A DNA stretch of 63,159 nt, filler included, from Hausera hauseri (GCA_046269625.1; 11 parts of 11 records of this genome joined end to end with filler, not necessarily neighbours in it), one strand, 5' to 3'; positions 37,670-51,328 are shown, counted from the whole stretch's first letter. The notes: generated by a model not told the origin, from the letters alone. Program-made: numbers and translations.

Positions 37670-40600
37670 TAATTTTTAGATGTGCAAACTTTACAAAGAT
37701 TGCTTGGCTCAAATCCATGAGCCTAAAAATTGCCACAGTATTATGATGCAATGTTCTAGCCATATTTACAACAGGGTTTAGCATTATATATTCCCTACAT
37801 GTGAGATAGTGTGTCAAACCAATCATGAAGACTTTTACAATGTCCATAAATAGCACTTGATTTCCTTCACCAAGTCGAAAAAACATATGCCAATAACGAC
37901 TTTCGTGCCGAAGGAAAATCAAAGATGCAGTTCATATGTGTATTGCACATGTGCAATACACAACACTCAGAATTGCCACAATGCCATGAGGAGCTATTAT
38001 GGGCACAAATTCAACAAGATCATTTATTATATCTTCCCAGGATGTGAGGCTGTAGGTGATGGAGAATACATACAGTTTTATGAAGATCACAAACATCATT
38101 TGACTGACTTCACATCAAAATCAAAGAAGATCATCTTTAATGAACATAAGCCAGTTACACAGCCTGCAGTACCACTGCCTGTAGCAGCAGTACAGCCAGA
38201 TGCAGGACTAAAACTCACATCAGGCGCATTAGGCCTAGCGGCTCCATCAAGGGATCAAAACAGCGGCCAGTTGATGCTGCAGTATTAAAGAGGAAATGTT
38301 GCAAATACGTCATTGATGCAAATGGTCAAACAACCATCAAGGATTACTTGGAGTACACAGGTGAAGAAACAATAGAGATTCTCTAGGACAACATAGCCGA
38401 ACTCAAGACCCTTAAGGGTAATATGAAACATGAGTCCACATATGTCAATGTTGGTGGCGAAGAGTCCAAAAGGGCCTTCAAAACCTGAAATAGACCCATT
38501 TTTGAAGCCACCAATATAACAGAATGGCTGAATGAAGAGCATACAAAGCTGATCCGTGAAGCCGATGAGAGCCAGAGTAAGAAGAGCGGATGGACTCTGG
38601 CAGCCATCAAAAGATTGCTTGTGTATGTGCACAGATTCTCCCCCATTCGGGATAGTTCATATATTCAACTCCCCGATTGGATCGCTAATAAAAAAGCATA
38701 TGTCAATGTCCATAATAATGACATGTGGTTCATGTATGAAATTCTATCAAAACTCGTGCCTGATCAACATAATGCTTTAAGAGTTTGGCAACATACAGAT
38801 GTGCGGCACAACTATGACTTTCAATGTATCACATTCCCTCCATCCTTAGATGAAATTAAAAAGTTCAGCCGAATCAACAACATATCAACCAACATCTTTG
38901 AATTAGATGAGGAGGACAAATTCTATCCCTTGCAGATATATGATAATGGATTGGAAGATCATAGGGATCTGCTCTTATTAGATGATGGAGAAAAGAAACA
39001 TTATGTTTTTATCAAGAACTTTGAACGTCTAGTCAGATCCCAAATTACGAAATAACAAGGATAAATAGAAATATGTAAGCGATGTCTGCCTAATTTCAGT
39101 GGTGTTTCGGCAGTGGACAAGCTTGCAGAGCACAAGATGTACTGCAGCGACAATTACTTTGTAAGACCAGAATTTCCAAAGGAAGACTATATTGAATTCA
39201 AGGAGTTCGAGAAGAAGAAGCTCTTCTCCAGCCAGTTCACAGCTGTACTCGCAGTCCTCAACATAGCAGCACAGCGGCATATTAATATCATGAACTTTCA
39301 TCGTATTGCATGTATGCCAAAGGACTGGACAGTGAACCATTTCTATTCAAAGGTCCAGGTATAGCAACACATTTCATGAAACGACTTAAAGATATGGCTT
39401 ATAAGCTTGGAAACATGCTTCAGCAGCATAAGAATACAGTGAGTATGTCGTGAAAACAAGCAGAAGAATGGCGCAAAGCAACAACATGTTACTTGTGCGA
39501 CAAGTCCTTCACCAAGGAAAATCATAAAGTCAAAAATCACTGCCATTTTACAGGTGTATATCGAGGGTCAACATGCCATAACTTCAGTCTTCGCTGCAAA
39601 ACATGCACACATGTGCCTGTAGTGTTCCATAATCTCAGTGGCTATGATTCCCATTTTATAGTCCGAGAATTATGGAACATTGATAGCAATATAGATGTGA
39701 TCCCAAACAGTGAGGAGAAGTATATCACTTTCACTAAACATGTTGAGAAAATCAGGCTTTGTTTTATTGACTGCTTTCGTTTCATGTCGTCTTCACCGGA
39801 CAGTTTAGTGAAGAACCTCCCTGCAGAAGAACTCAAGGAGACGAAGCGATTCTTTCCCACTGCATTTGACTTGGTCAAAAGGAAAGGCATGTTTCCTTAT
39901 GACTACATAACTTCATCAAAAACACTGCATGAGACCTCATTGCTGGCTAAGAATGATTTTTACAATATCGTTTCTGATTGCGATATCAGTGATCCTGATT
40001 ACCAGCATGCCCAGAACGTCTGGCATGCATTCCACTGTCGAACATTAGGGGAATACAGCGACATATACCTCACGACGGACGTGCTGATTCTGACAGATGT
40101 CTTTTAGAGCTTCAGAGATATTACAATAAAGAGCCATGCATTAGATCCGGCTCATTTCTTTACGGTCCAGGGATGAGTTGGGCAGCAATGCTGAGATATA
40201 CCGACATAAGGCCGCAGATCATTAAGGATTACGATATGATCCTTATGACCGAGAGAGGCATTAGATGCGGAATATGCCAAATCATTCATCGGTATGGTGA
40301 GGCCAATAACAAATATATGGCCCAGTATGATCCATTCAAGGAATCCTCATATATATCATATGTGGATGCCAACAACTTGCATAGATGGACAATGAGCGCA
40401 CCATTGCCATATGATAACTTCAGATGGGTCGAGAATCCTGAAAACATCCCTATATTGGACCAGGATCCCACTGGAGATACGGGATACATACTGGAGGTAG
40501 ATATGGAATATACGGCTTCCATCCACGCAAGGCATCAACAGCTGCCTTTCCTCCCTGAGAGCAGAGAAAAGAGAAAGCAGAGAAAGTTGCTTTGTCACGT

Positions 40601-41480
40601 GGGTAATATGGAAAGGTACGTAGTCTACTACATTAATCTCCAGCAGGCAGTTAGACATGGACTTCGTATTTTTAAGATCCACAGAGCCCTGCAGTTCAGC
40701 CAGGCAATGTGGCTGCAGTCATACATTGATCTTTATACGAAGTTGCGGACCAATGCCAAGAACGACTTTGAGAAGGACCAGTTCAAGCTTTACAACAACT
40801 CGATCTTTGGCAAGACGATGGAGAATATACGCAATAGAATCAACACTGAGCTAGTATGTGACTGGAAGCGGGCAAAGAAGCTTATTGCCAAGCCTAAATT
40901 CCACAGCAGCACCATATATACTGAGAACTTGGTAGGCATCCATATGCTGAAAACAGCATCGGTATTCAACAAGCCCATATATGTGGCTATGGCAATCTTC
41001 GACCTGTCAAAGACCCTGATGTATCATTTCCACTACGAAATCATGGTCCCTAAGTTTAAGTCCATGCAGCTGATGTATATGGATACTGATAGTTTCGTCT
41101 ATCAGATCCATACAGAGGATATTCATGAGCACTTTGTTCAGTTGGCCCAACATATGGATACCTCGGACTATCTGAAGGAGCATCACAACTATTCAAATGT
41201 CAACAAAAAGGTCGAGGTGAATGGAGCAGTCATCTCATGATTTGTAGCTCGCAGATCTAAAATGTATGCCCTAGACGTATGTGGTCAGATCAAAAAGAGA
41301 ACCAATGGCGTTCAAAGGTCTACGTTGGCCAAGAAGATCAGTTTTCAGGACTATGTGACAGTTCTGCAGTAGCAGACTCACATTATGTCGGAAATGAGAA
41401 GGATCCAATCTAGGTTTTCATAACATCTAAACAGTAACTCTGCATAAGAAAAGCCTAGATTGGATGGATGACAAAAGGCA
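37670..41480 (+). pseudogene. Polinton/Maverick protein-primed DNA polymerase B with EndoVII/HNH-like insert, disrupted
   Basis: SSYIQLPDWIANKKA, KHYVFIKNFERL, CDK..NHCHFTGVYRG (EndoVII-like), FHNLSGYDSHF (ExoII), KGMFPYDY, YVDANNL, KLYNNSIFGKT, YMDTDS, RSKMYA; several stops and frameshifts. Confidence 0.93.
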
Positions 41481-41580
41481 NNNNNNNNNNNNNNNNNNNN
41501 NNNNNNNNNNNNNNNNNNNNNNNNTTAATTAATTAANNNNNNNNNNNNNNNNNNNNNNNNNNNNNNNNNNNNNNNNNNNN

Positions 41581-42406
41581 CCCCAATTACTGCCAACCAA
41601 ATACTTTCGATTAGAACAGCAATCGTCAGTTAGAATTGAATTCCCAATCCATCGTTTTAGCCCAGCCACAATAGTTAGACCACCACCAATTACATTTCAA
41701 GTACCTTTACCCCATATAAATGTCCAATCTCTCCTACAACAACCATCTTCTATACCGCATGCACGCTATCATCCTGAGCGGATTATCAGACTATTATCTG
41801 AATTACCTGTACCTGAACCTTCAATAACTCCTACACCAACTATATATCATAATCCTTCATTGCCTATATCACTGCAACAAGATTGGTTTCCTGTACTTAA
41901 TGAATGTCGAATCGACCTTATTTCNNNNNNNNNNTGCACCGCCTGATCTATGGGCTACATTAAAAATTTTTTTCTACGACCAACTTCCAACTTATGAATG
42001 TACTATCTGTCTTACCGAACGAATAATAGTGGTCCAATTCCAATGTAATCACAGCATATGTGCAACATGTTTCAACAAACTCCGCTCCCAATTCCTTCAA
42101 TCAATTTATCCAAACTATGCACTCCAAATGACATTCCAGAACGGCATTTCATGCCCATATTGCCGTCAACCATCAGTTTATTACCATTTTTCCTATACAT
42201 ACGACAATCGTACCCAGCGACTATGCCATTGGATGAACCCAGTGAACGACGCAACGCTTACAATCAAACTCAGAAATCTCAGTTTCATAGATGCCAGTAC
42301 CCAGAGTGATTCGGAGTACCGAATCCTTCTCAAAGGGGGGGGGATTTTGAGATCCTTTAAAAAACCATCTGAGATCCCGTGTGACATACATGATGACAAT
42401 TTGTGA
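41581..42406 (+). CDS. Pro-rich protein with C3HC4 RING finger (copy 2, 5' partial)
   Basis: CTIC..CNH.ICATC..CPYC; clear paralogue of 23055-23830; purine tract AAAGGGGGGGGGA at 42332-42344. Confidence 0.78.
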
Positions 42407-44890
42407 TAACAATCTAACCCATGATGACAATTTGTGATAACAATCTATAAACAATGACAATTTGTGAGGACAAGTTTTGAACATTATTTGACAAAAACAT
42501 TTATATAACTGATATAAATTCAATTGAATCGTTAACAAAGTGTAATGGAAATACATTTTTTATGCTGTCTCCTTTTGAGTGTCTTGTTAAGCCCCTCTTG
42601 ATGGGCATTATTGACGAAACTTATCTTATGTATTGTGTCATTGTGAACCAGGAAGGCGGTTGGATAGAAATTACTAAAACATTAAAAGTTTGTTAAAAGT
42701 TTCAGAATAGTATAGTAAACATTAAAATTGACACAGTTGAGAAGCACAAAGGAATGCTGTGTGACTAATGATAAGAGTACAATAACAAAAAGTTACAATA
42801 ACAAAAATCGATTGTGAAATTTGAATCTGACAGTTCACAAGCAGTTCACAAGCATATTAATTCACAAATGTACTTTTTCTAAATTGGAACACTAAAAATA
42901 GAAAAGCACTAATAGACAGACCAGCAATATATAAGAAAGCAAAAATAAACTCCATAAAAATTTTGACACAAGACTTAGCTGATTGATAATCGCAACTTTA
43001 AAGAAGCCTAAAGGTAGGTTTCACCATATTATCACTTATAGAAGTGACGTTTAAATAGAATATAGAAAACCTACTGTGAATTCTTACCAAGATCAACGCC
43101 AACTCTATTCCTATTCCGAATACGAGAATTTGTTTCATCATTAGTAAATCACTTATTGATTTCCAGAATACCCAGCAGTGAAACATCAACAGTAGAATTT
43201 GTGGAGACACCGTAGAAAACATATAATTGATATATGCTATCAACAGTGCACGAATTTGAAGTTACCCTTGATAACAAGCATTCACCGCTAATCAAATGAA
43301 CGGTTCGTCAACACAGCTCGAACAAAATACAGGTATATGCATACTTCATATTATTGGAGTGTAATTTTAAATATTATATATTACCGCCGATATGTTTTAT
43401 GATTTGTAATGAAGTTTGTGACATAAATAAATTTTAAATATAATAAATGTAACCGAGCCGATTTTATAGAGATGCTCGAATTTTATTTTGTTTCGTTACA
43501 TAGAAGACAGAAAAGTGGATAGATTCAAAATCACGAAGCAAGAGAGTAATCATCGAGATACGGATCAATATCAGAAACCAGTACAAGATATTCGAAAATT
43601 ACTCTGCCGAAATCTAATGATTATTAAAGTCGAGGCTGAATTTCAATCGAGAAAAGGAAACTCCATTAAAGGTATCTTTGAATGAAATTGGAATTCAGGG
43701 TAACTATGTTTGCTGCACAACGAAGGAAACAGAGTTAGTATAGAGATTGAGATAAAACTTTGGCAAAAGTCGCGGAATAAGGATATCAAGAATTACTTCG
43801 AGCGAAATATTGGTTGCCACGGTGGATGATCGATTGGTCAGAATAGTGAATGGAGATATTAGTGGGAAGAAATCATGGATGATAGAGGAAAAGAATAGGT
43901 ACTGTTGTAGCATACATGATTCAGGAAAGGATATATATACATTTGTCAACAATGACTTATATTGGATCAAATTACGGAAATAATAAACAGTAGCCTTGAG
44001 GTAGAGCTTATGTACGAATAGTAGGAGAATAGTTCAGAGCCGTATTTGCGGAGAACTAGTAATGGTAGACTAACTATGGTGTAAACGTTTCATTAATGGC
44101 AACCGAAAAGAAACGAATGATTGGCATTAAATGATAAAGGTAAAAGAAAATACAAGGTTGCTGAGGATGAGCAGATAGTGAGTATTATAACCTACAACAT
44201 TTGGGTGACGAGAGAGAAATCAAACCTGCAAGATATGATTCTTGAATATATATCTCTGTTAATTGTATTAAAATGTTATTGAACGAGATGTATACGTGCA
44301 TTCACTGCGCTTCCGATAAGGGTACTGATTCCAGGATACAGAGAGTCGGTCTCGTTTATTTGATAATAGACAAATTCCATGTTTGCCTGTCAATTCAGGA
44401 ATGTGGTCAGGTAAATATTTACGTTGCAACCGGAAGTTTATCCTCTATTACGGAATTGAGGGGTGAATAATCTAAAACAAAATTTGAGAGAGAGGTAAAA
44501 GGATCGATAATAACATATTTTAGTATTGGTCAATTAAAATGTACTCAGGGGGCATAGCGGTATTTAGCGAATACTTATTTCCCGTTGATCCCATTCAGCG
44601 GATACTTATTTCCTATCTATTTAATTTCCCTTTTAGCGAATTTCCCTTTGAATATGATAAATTCGACGTTGGAAGATGCGCTGCATTGAGCTCTGTGAGG
44701 ATAAAGTAAGTTATGGATAAATATTAATGAACGAATGAAGTATGAATTATCGACACCGAACGAACAAGAATAAATTAAAATTCGTGGACTCAAACCCAGA
44801 TTGAGACTATGGCATAGAAAGGAGATTGTACAAATAAAACCAATTATGTATTTGAAAATTATTCTAGTGAAGTCCCAAATGATTTTATAT
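42345..44890 (+). repeat. Probable long LTR (second diverged copy)
   Basis: Follows the PPT-like tract; patchy similarity to 20796-23060; short tandem repeats at 42389-42470; AATAAA at ~44833. Ends are uncertain. Confidence 0.4.
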
Positions 44891-45656
44891 GTTGATACGC
44901 GTTAAAAGTCTAGTTATGACCCCTGTAGCAACATTATTATGTTTTGAGGTATCAAAGGCCACACCGCCGACGGTTTTGCACGATTTATAAGATTTAAGGA
45001 TGCCAGGAGGTGGCAGTATTTGTTGAAGTTTGAATTGGAGGAAAAATTGGTGTGAAATCAATCGAGCTGACCTATCGAGACAAAAAGTCAGCAACTAAAT
45101 TGTCGACTCCGTTTAGAAGCTTAATTTCAAAATGAAATGTGGACAAATAGGACATTTGCCTCTCCTGATGTGGAAAAGGCGATTTAATGGTGAGAATTTG
45201 AAGCAAGGCCTTGTGGTCCGTTTGTATTGTAAAGGTTTGTGCGGTTAGCAGATGATTAAAGTGTTTTACGACAAAGACCATTGAAAGCAGCTCCCTATCA
45301 GAGGTGGAATATCTTTGCTCTTGTGCTGTGAATTTTCGAGAAAAGAATACTAACGGCTCATGGGATCCACCTTTTACTTGATGGAGGACAGCACCTGCAA
45401 CTGTTGTGGTTGCATCCGTGGTTAAGAAGATTTCTGCATTGGAGACAGGATAGACCAGGATTTCCACGGTTTTTAGATTATCCTTGATGTGATCGAAAGC
45501 GTTGACTAGCTCGGCTGTCCATTGAATAGGCTGTTTTTTCTTACCAGAGCTTAGTGACGCAAATGGAGCGGCTAGACTAGAGCAGTATGGAAAATAAAGT
45601 GCAAGGATCCGAGGAAAGAACGCATCTGTTTTTATACTTGGTAGCTGTATGTTTTT
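44890..45656 (-). mobile_element. Ty3/gypsy RT-RNase H fragment (same family as 24207-28483)
   Basis: LTTDAT, FFSRKF..YSTSDRELL, QTDHKAL, NLVADFLSR, TVGGVAFDTSK. Confidence 0.9.
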
Positions 45657-45756
45657 NNNNNNNNNNNNNNNNNNNNNNNNNNNNNNNNNNNNNNNNNNNN
45701 TTAATTAATTAANNNNNNNNNNNNNNNNNNNNNNNNNNNNNNNNNNNNNNNNNNNN

Positions 45757-45896
45757 CGTGATTCGACGATTTTACGGGCTTCGGGATATGGAATATTTTG
45801 ATTAACTTTTACACTTTGCACTTCCTTTTCAAACGTCCATTTCGAGCATGTACGGGCGTACGACGGATGATCACCCTTGCAATTAACGCAACGGGG
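45757..45896 (-). mobile_element. Non-LTR retrotransposon ORF1 (gag-like) zinc-knuckle fragment
   Basis: PRCVNCKGDHPSYARTC..EKEVQSVKV..IPYPEARK, typical of I/Nimb/Jockey-group ORF1. Confidence 0.8.
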
Positions 45897-46573
45897 TGTG
45901 GCGGTTGTTATGTATACTATATCAAGTATGAGAAAATAACAAGTCCACAATAAAAACTCCATGTTAAAAATTTAACAATCTTAAGTAGCAGAAGGTTGCA
46001 GTAACTTTAGATAATCAAAAACACTGATGACCAGACTTCTGTTAACAATCAACATTCGTTTATTTAACAATAACAAATTTAAATAGTATAAAAGCTGTAA
46101 ATAAAAACAAAATAAGGCATCTGGCCTAAACATAAAGAAAGCTTATTCATAAGAAAAGATAAAGCTCATCTGGAGCTAAAAAAAAATAAAACCTGTGTAC
46201 ACCAGGTAAAAAGAAATAAGCTGCTGCTGCTAGTAGTAGTAGAAGAACTGGTTCTTCAAATTCAGTCCATTTATACAACAAGTTACACGTAATCACCATA
46301 AAGTTTCGACGTGGTACAACTCGAAGTTGACTGTCCCTCTAACGTCTAAAAGTTCACATCGTTTGTAGCACACAGGGTATTCAGCACATAGCGCAGTTGC
46401 TGTTGCAGATGATACGCACATGGCGCCCTCAGACTATAGGTGTTAATATGAAAGTCTGATGGCACACCAGCGCCATCTATTTCAGATGATGTTTTCATGT
46501 TTCGGATGAAGTGAAAACTGAAGTGAAAACTATGCATCAGCAGCGCCATCTGAATAAGCGCTGAGTCGCCACA
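45897..46573 (-). repeat. 677-bp 3' LTR of the adjacent gypsy element
   Basis: Perfect TGTGGCG...CGCCACA termini, preceded by PPT GAAGGGGGGTAA; interrupts the LINE ORF1. Confidence 0.9.
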
Positions 46574-46593
46574 TTACCCCCCTTCGAGTCGCT

Positions 46594-48447
46594 TCATGAG
46601 TGAGCGACGAAACGATCAGGAGGTCTGCTTTGACGTCCGCTGCGTGTGGTGATCGATGGATTATTCAGCTGATCCGGGAGTCTGGAGAGAGGTTCATCAG
46701 CTAAAAGAAAAGCTGGTTTCACTCTGTCTAAAGAAACTATTTTTTGTGTACCTTTTATTAGAATAACCATGGTTTTCTGATTACGTGAATGAACAACAAA
46801 AGGACCGTCGTATTGAGGTTGTAGAGGCTTTTTAACAGCATCCTGTCGTAGGAATACGTGCGTGCACGACTTCAACTCTTTGGGCACATAAATTTGAGAA
46901 GCGTCATGATGAGTACCTGGAATAGGTCTATTCGCTTTTATAATGTCATGCAGTTTCTGTATAAATGTAGGCATAACTGGCTGTAATTCAGTACCTTGGC
47001 AAAAATCTGCGGGTAAGGTTAAAGTTTCGCCAGAAACAAGTTCTGCAGATGACATACCCAAATCTTGTCGATGTGCACTACGCAAACCTAGGAGGACTGT
47101 TGGTAAGGCGTCTACCCAGCCTTTGTCCAAATGACATCGGAGAGCTTGTTTCAGTGGTCTATGGATTCTTTCAAGGATGCCATTACATTTCGGATTATAG
47201 GCAGAAGATCTATGAATCTTCACTCCAAATAATGACATTAAAGCACGAAAGAGGGATGACTCGAATTGTCTTCCCTGGTCGCATGTAACCCGGGAAGGTG
47301 TTCCGAATCGCGATATCCAATGTGTATAAAAAGCCTGTGCGACAGTATCAGCTAAAATATTTTTTAGTGGTATAACTTCTGGCCATCTAGTAAAACGATC
47401 TATGATGGTCAGGCAATACGAAAAATCCTGACAGACTGGCAAAGGGCCAATTAAATCAAGGTGAACATGTTTAAAACGACCTTCAGGCAGAGTAAATTCA
47501 CCGTATGGGGTACGAGTGTGTTTATGCACTTTAGTTTTTTGGCATTTTATACAAGATCGAACCCATTTCGTGATGTCTGCGTTCATTTTCGGCCATACGT
47601 AACGTTCTGAAATTAACCAGCAAGAGGGCTTTATACCAGGATGCGACAGACCATGGAGGGTTTCAAAAACAGATTTCCTAAAAGGCTCTGGTACAATTGG
47701 ACGTATACGTTCCGTAGAAATGTCACAAAACAATTTCTTTTTTGTACCGGGAACTAAAAATTCCTTTAACCTTAAAGAGGAGTTTGTTTCTTGATTCAAG
47801 TATGCTTGAATCTCTGTGTCTTTTGCTTGGAAATCAGCCATCTGTTCGAGGTCAACTGACGTATTTGAAATCTCCTCTAGTCGAGACAAAGCGTCTGCAA
47901 CAGTATTATTTTTACCAGGAATATACCTAATATCAGTGGTAAATTGAGATATAAAATCTAACTGCCGTAATCGACGTGGAGGGGTTTTAGCGTCACTCTT
48001 TTGATTAAATGCAAAAGTGAGAGGTTTATGGTCAGTTATTATACAGAATGTACGGGCTTCAAGCATATAGCGAAAGTGAATTATAGCAAGGTATATTGCC
48101 AATAATTCGCGATCGTATGTACTATAATTCTGCTGCGTAGGTGTCAATCTTCGCGAGAAAAAACCCAGAGGTTTTGCACCTTGATCGGTCCTCTCGTGCA
48201 AAGCGGCACCAGCAGCGAGATCGCTGCAGTCTGTATAAAGCTCAAGTTTCGCGGTGGGAGACGGAAAATGTAATAAAGTACATTCAGACAAAAGTGTTTT
48301 GCAATTGGAGAAGGCAAGTTTAGTTTCTTCTGTCCAATTGATCACCTGGTTGTCTTTAAGTCGACCACCTTTCAAGAGATTGTTCAAAGGAACTTGAACT
48401 TCAGCTGCTTTAGGTAAAAAGGTATGGTAGAAATTCAACATTCCCAA
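46594..48447 (-). mobile_element. pol: Ty3/gypsy pol 3' part (RT end, RNase H, integrase); uninterrupted 617-aa frame, 5'-truncated
   Basis: GMLNFY, YTDCSD, YSTYDRELLA, TDHKPL, VADALSR, HPG..CIKC, HLDLIGPLP, DQGRQFES, NGILER, YDGPF, SLDRVKPA. Confidence 0.95.
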
Positions 48448-49489
48448 AACGCAATTTCTACACTAAAATCTATTCAGTGGGAATGGGGAATAACCAAATT
48501 ACATTTCTCATATGTGTAGTAATAATATGGAATTCGGAAGGGGGAGGAGGAAGAATTGCCGGTCATATGACAAATACACATTCCCACAGTTATTGAGTCC
48601 CACATGGATTTTGAGGTATGATTTCCATAATGGTGTGGATTTTCAAAGACAGGAATTTGTCCCGTAGGATTATAATATCGAAATTGCTTGCAGAGAGTTT
48701 CATTTTTGAATTTCTCGTGCTCCAAACTGGATACAGATACACTGGTGCGTATTTACGAATTGATACGGTGTGCATTATGAAAGTGTCCCGTAACGGCACT
48801 TTTATAACCCCCCCCCACCTCCGTGACCAACAAATAAAGAATTACACGCCAATTGATTTTATGTTAATTTAAATAAATAAATTCTTTCGTCAATATTTCA
48901 TGCATAACATCAAAACGGTGTAATTTGCACTTGTTCAATTTCCCCACCCCATATGCAAAAATAAACTGGCAACAATCCGTTGATTTTCATATATATATTT
49001 TTTCATACGAAACCCATTCATATAACGTAATTCTTATTTGAAATCACAGAACTGATAAAAATTGGACATTACGGATTCCAGAATACGAATATCCACAGTA
49101 CGTAACAAATAATCAACAATAGACAACTGACGGAATGAAAGTCTGTGAACAATCACCGAAGTCGAATGCAATGCTCACCGGTGCAAAAAAACCGACAACG
49201 ATACAATGTCAACACAAACCGAGGCAAATAACAAAGGACTGAGAAGAATGGATTCTCATTGGCTCCACCCAGTAGATACACACGTGATGAAATAATGTTG
49301 CACGTATTGAACGGCAGTGCAGACGTGCTGCAGTCATTCAATTGCAATTAACATTTGGCTATTGTAAAACCCACATTAACCAATTTAATTTCGCTGTTCT
49401 TGTAATTTTGTCTTTCCTTTTTAAATTGGAATGATTATTTGACAATGTGATACTATTTAAATATTTACAGCATTTATTTAAATTTACGT

Positions 49490-50750
49490 CAATTTCCCGT
49501 TAAAATTCCGTACCAAATTTACCTTAGACTTTGATGATTTCGAAGCAGATGAATGTCTGGTAGGCGATAGAATTTCGGATTCGTAGATATGTATAGCGGA
49601 ATTTTCCGATGGTACCGGGATTTCGTCGTGGTAATTTGTTTCAACCGGACACGGAATGAGAGAACTTTTATCCATTGACCGTCGATCAATTTCGTTATCA
49701 TCTAGAATTGAAAAATGAATAGATGGATAAAATATATTGTACAGTTAATTGGTGAAAAGTAGTGGGAATTTGGCTCATGGTCAGAGGAACCGGAATAATA
49801 AGGCACGGCATCTGGATAGTGGGTTGAATCGTCGATGACTGATTCTGATTTATAAATTTGCTGCTGTTGAAGTTGGAGTTGCTGCTGAAGCAGCTGTTGT
49901 TGTTGAGCTTGCTTCTCTTGTTCCTGCTGATAAATTAATTGACCTTCTTGTTTTAAAGTTTGGTCGATTTTACGTCTCTTTTTCGACCTATAAATAGGAA
50001 TATTAAGTTAGTTAAAGTCTCCAATTTCACCGAATAAATGACAACTACGAGAGTAACACAAATAACATACCTGGATGTAGAATATGTTGATTTGTGCCGT
50101 TTGTTTTTTCGTTTAACTGACTGAACGGTCTGTGGTGGTAGCTCATTCGCCACAGGTTGATTATTCATTAACAATGGTTCCGGTTTAACAATCGGTTCAA
50201 CACGAGCCTGTAAAGCAGCATTCCATTGCTCATCACTGATTGTATTCCGTTCAACAAACGGTTTCTCTTCAATAAATGAAATCGGAGAAAGTTTGGCGGA
50301 AATCGATGAATTATCTTTCATTTCGTCATCCCTTATACTGTTCGTTTGAATTTTCGGACTACTGATGCTAAAAGCTTTTTGTACATCGTCTTGTACACGA
50401 AGAAACTCTTTCATTTTCACCTCATTTAGTAAATGATGGTGATTTGGAAACAATAATTTAAATGGCCGCAAATCGGCTGCAAATTGAGCCTTTTGTCGAA
50501 GAAAATGTTTTCCTCCGAATCGCTGATAAACGAATCGAGTAACTTACCGACTTTCCCATTCAATCCGACAACAGCTCCTTTTGTGTCAACGTCGATTGTC
50601 GTGGTTCATATTTGTTAGAAATTTCATTCCGGTGGAATTTTATAGGCGCAGTTTGGTCCATAATCGTCCGTAAAGTTTAGATTACCTTCTTCTGGTTTCA
50701 TGTTCTGCAATAATGAATGTACAATTTCTAAATGCATTCCTTTGACGGCT
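49490..50750 (-). pseudogene. Unidentified spliced host-gene fragment, probably disrupted
   Basis: Coding-like frames separated by short GT..AG introns (~50070-49989 and ~49742-49702) and a donor at ~49520; stops present. Confidence 0.45.
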
Positions 50751-50818
50751 TAGATCAAACATGTCATGCAAGGCAGGCCTTAAAGTAAAGACGAAAAATA
50801 CATAAGACTTTTGGATGG

Positions 50819-50933
50819 AGAAATTTTCGAAGCGGAAGATCGGGACCGACTAAGGGCCCGACGAGGCGGCAACGGACGCCCGGCCGTGCCTAACCAAATG
50901 GACCAAAGGGCACCGGCTGCTGTGTGCACCACA
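50819..50933 (-). repeat. LTR 5' fragment of the CsRn1-like family
   Basis: The reverse complement matches 28369-28483 (TGTGGTGC..GCCCTTTGG..GGCCGGGC.TCCGTTGCCG..CCCGATCTTCCGC.TCGAAAATTTCT). Confidence 0.85.
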
Positions 50934-51228
50934 GCTGGTGTATTCTTTTTAGCAGCACTAATTCCAAGAATAATTGCAGCACTAAAAGCAATTGGGTTAA
51001 GAGTAGCTAGTGGAGTAGGACTTGCTGGTGCAACAGCACTTGTAGATAAATTGGTTAATAAACAATGTTAGTGAAGTCAACAAACATAAAATGAATAGAG
51101 GTATTCCATATTTTAAAATAATTCTTAAGTCACGACCTAAAAATCGTTTAACAGTAATAAAATCATTTCCATCATTTGTGATGGATGATTTCATTGATAT
51201 TTTACAGAGTATGGTATATTCCCGATAT
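50934..51228 (+). mobile_element. Polinton/adintovirus-like small structural gene fragments
   Basis: GVFFLAALIPRIIAALKAIGLRVASGVGLAGATALV (GGFL-type amphipathic peptide), followed by MNRGIPYFKIILKSRPKNRLTVIK. Both resemble small Polinton virion ORFs as recalled. Confidence 0.55.
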
Positions 51229-51328
51229 NNNNNNNNNNNNNNNNNNNNNNNNNNNNNNNNNNNNNNNNNNNNTTAATTAATTAANNNNNNNNNNNNNNNN
51301 NNNNNNNNNNNNNNNNNNNNNNNNNNNN

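Noticed and set aside
45705-45962. ORF with a hydrophobic N-terminus and zinc knuckle
   Set aside because: It is a chance read-through from the gypsy LTR end into LINE ORF1.
48474-49350. Possible sugar-transporter fragment (FIFAYGVG)
   Set aside because: Only one short motif amid many stops; not supportable.
50811-51071. 86-aa ORF as a single gene
   Set aside because: Its first ~40 codons are the antisense strand of an LTR fragment.
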